A DNA stretch of 64,000 bases from Candidatus Woesebacteria bacterium (GTDB lineage: Bacteria > Patescibacteriota > Microgenomatia > UBA10105 > UBA927), in assembly GCA_018062625.1 (NCBI GenBank), contig JAGORV010000001.1, positions 33,887 to 97,886 on the forward strand, written 5' to 3'. Position 1 is the first letter of the stretch, and each line of letters starts with the position of its first letter. Below, in pieces: positions 63,093-64,000 of this stretch. Position numbers and translations under genes: made by a program. Under the pieces are notes generated by a model that was not told the DNA's origin, made no database searches, and worked only from the letters and a program-made list of their open reading frames with translations.

Positions 63093-64000
63093 TGAAAACT
63101 CCTCTATACATACCCATGCTGCACATAAATGGCAGAGGGCCTTTTGTATCTGGTACGGTAAATGTGAGTGTTTGTGAGTTTCCCATGGTTACAGTTTTTT
63201 GTAAGCCTAATTTTGGAATGGTAAATTCTTGTATACACCCTCCAGCACTTTGATTTATGAGGTTGATTTTTACCTGTGATCCAGCTTTTAGCGATACGAC
63301 ACCTGGATCAAGTCGATATCCTGATTGGGTAATGTACACGGTTGCCTCTGACACTGCCTCTCCGGTACCAACCTGTGCAGATGCATCGCAAAAACTTATC
63401 GTGCAATTTATTCGAGTAAGAATATTTTCAAACGTGAATGAACTGCCCGATAGCGCTATTGCGCCGTTTATATTGTATAAAGCTATAAGAATAATCGCGA
63501 TTGCAGCAAGTTTATTGAATCCTGATTGAAACATGACTCCGAGTTTATTGGCAGCGTACCCTAAGAGAAAAAATAATGGAGAAGTGCCCAAAATAAATAT
63601 TCCCATGGTGACTGCGCCATATATAGGAGAGCCGGTAGTGATGGCATATGCCATCATGGCTTGTGTGGCCCCACATGGGATGAGTACGGTAAATGCACCC
63701 AAAAGCGCTGGTCCGAAAATGCTTTTACTTTTGGATTGATTACGCACAAGTCGTGCGAGTTGTTTGGGTGGTTGAAGTATAAAATAGCGAAAAATTGGAT
63801 GAACCTGTAAAAGATTTAGTGCAGTTCCTATCATAAATAGTGCCACTAGAAATTGGAGGATAGCCCGAAGTTGTAGAGAAAGTTGTGCTACGGACCCAAG
63901 GAGTCCTAAGAGGGCGCCGAGCGCTGTGTAGGCGATAAGCCGTGTGGTCAGAAATGCTACGACAGGAATATATTCGTTTGTTTTTTGTGCGTCTTGGGCG
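63082..64000 (-). CDS. TauE/SafE (DsbD_2)-like membrane protein fused to a C-terminal cupredoxin-like domain; N-terminus lies beyond the window
   Basis: My translation of the same frame from 63847 to 63999 has no stop (..YIPVVAFLTTRLIAYTALGALLGLLGS..), so the GTG at 63846 is probably internal. The C-terminus has a beta-sandwich with FMCSMGMYRG. Confidence 0.6.
   Translation of the reverse strand, partial: AQDAQKTNEYIPVVAFLTTRLIAYTALGALLGLLGSVAQLSLQLRAILQFLVALFMIGTALNLLQVHPIFRYFILQPPKQLARLVRNQSKSKSIFGPALLGAFTVLIPCGATQAMMAYAITTGSPIYGAVTMGIFILGTSPLFFLLGYAANKLGVMFQSGFNKLAAIAIILIALYNINGAIALSGSSFTFENILTRINCTISFCDASAQVGTGEAVSEATVYITQSGYRLDPGVVSLKAGSQVKINLINQSAGGCIQEFTIPKLGLQKTVTMGNSQTLTFTVPDTKGPLPFMCSMGMYRGVFNVI

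Noticed and set aside
1-64000. A search by eye for CRISPR arrays, IS elements or transposases, integrases, rRNA, tmRNA, RNase P RNA and reverse-transcriptase-based elements.
   Set aside because: No regularly spaced direct repeats, terminal inverted repeats, DDE or tyrosine-recombinase motifs, or RT motifs (YxDD) were seen. Absence by eye is not proof, and a covariance-model and HMM scan should confirm it.

Overview
The window is a compact, low-to-moderate GC bacterial chromosome segment. About 75 coding genes are packed with very short or overlapping intergenic gaps. There are two tRNA genes, neither with an encoded CCA. I saw no rRNA, CRISPR array, transposase or integrase. The gene content suggests a reduced-genome, Patescibacteria/CPR-like organism, but that placement is inference only: many small DUF proteins, a Suf Fe-S system, a 2-oxoacid:ferredoxin oxidoreductase, an LCP protein, a GT-C glycosyltransferase, and housekeeping genes (lon, secA, serS, lysS, greA, engB). 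Recognisable blocks are as follows. (i) 14.8-20.2 kb: a minus-strand envelope operon with a GT39-like protein, an Ig-repeat/C39-peptidase protein and an acyltransferase-deacetylase fusion. (ii) 23.4-29.4 kb: a minus-strand operon of cupredoxin, OmpR/HK two-component system, MacAB-like ABC efflux genes and a DUF5666-like gene. (iii) 31.7-39.2 kb: sufCBDSU, a ferredoxin and OFOR alpha/beta. (iv) A CIRCE operator inside the lon promoter. (v) tRNA-Glu followed by decayed copies of its own 3' end. (vi) 45.2-50.3 kb: a promoter and a terminator-gated leader, followed by a GNAT-domain protein, an HDAC-family deacetylase, a LysRS fused to an HD hydrolase domain, and RdgB. (vii) A T-box-like leader before serS. 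(viii) 60.5-64.0 kb: a copper module with CopA, CopZ and a TauE-like/cupredoxin fusion that runs off the window edge. My best candidate for something undescribed is the leader-gated GNAT/deacetylase pair, together with its possible lysine-codon attenuator and the adjacent LysRS-HD fusion. All function calls rest on motif recognition by eye in the supplied translations. No database search was run.
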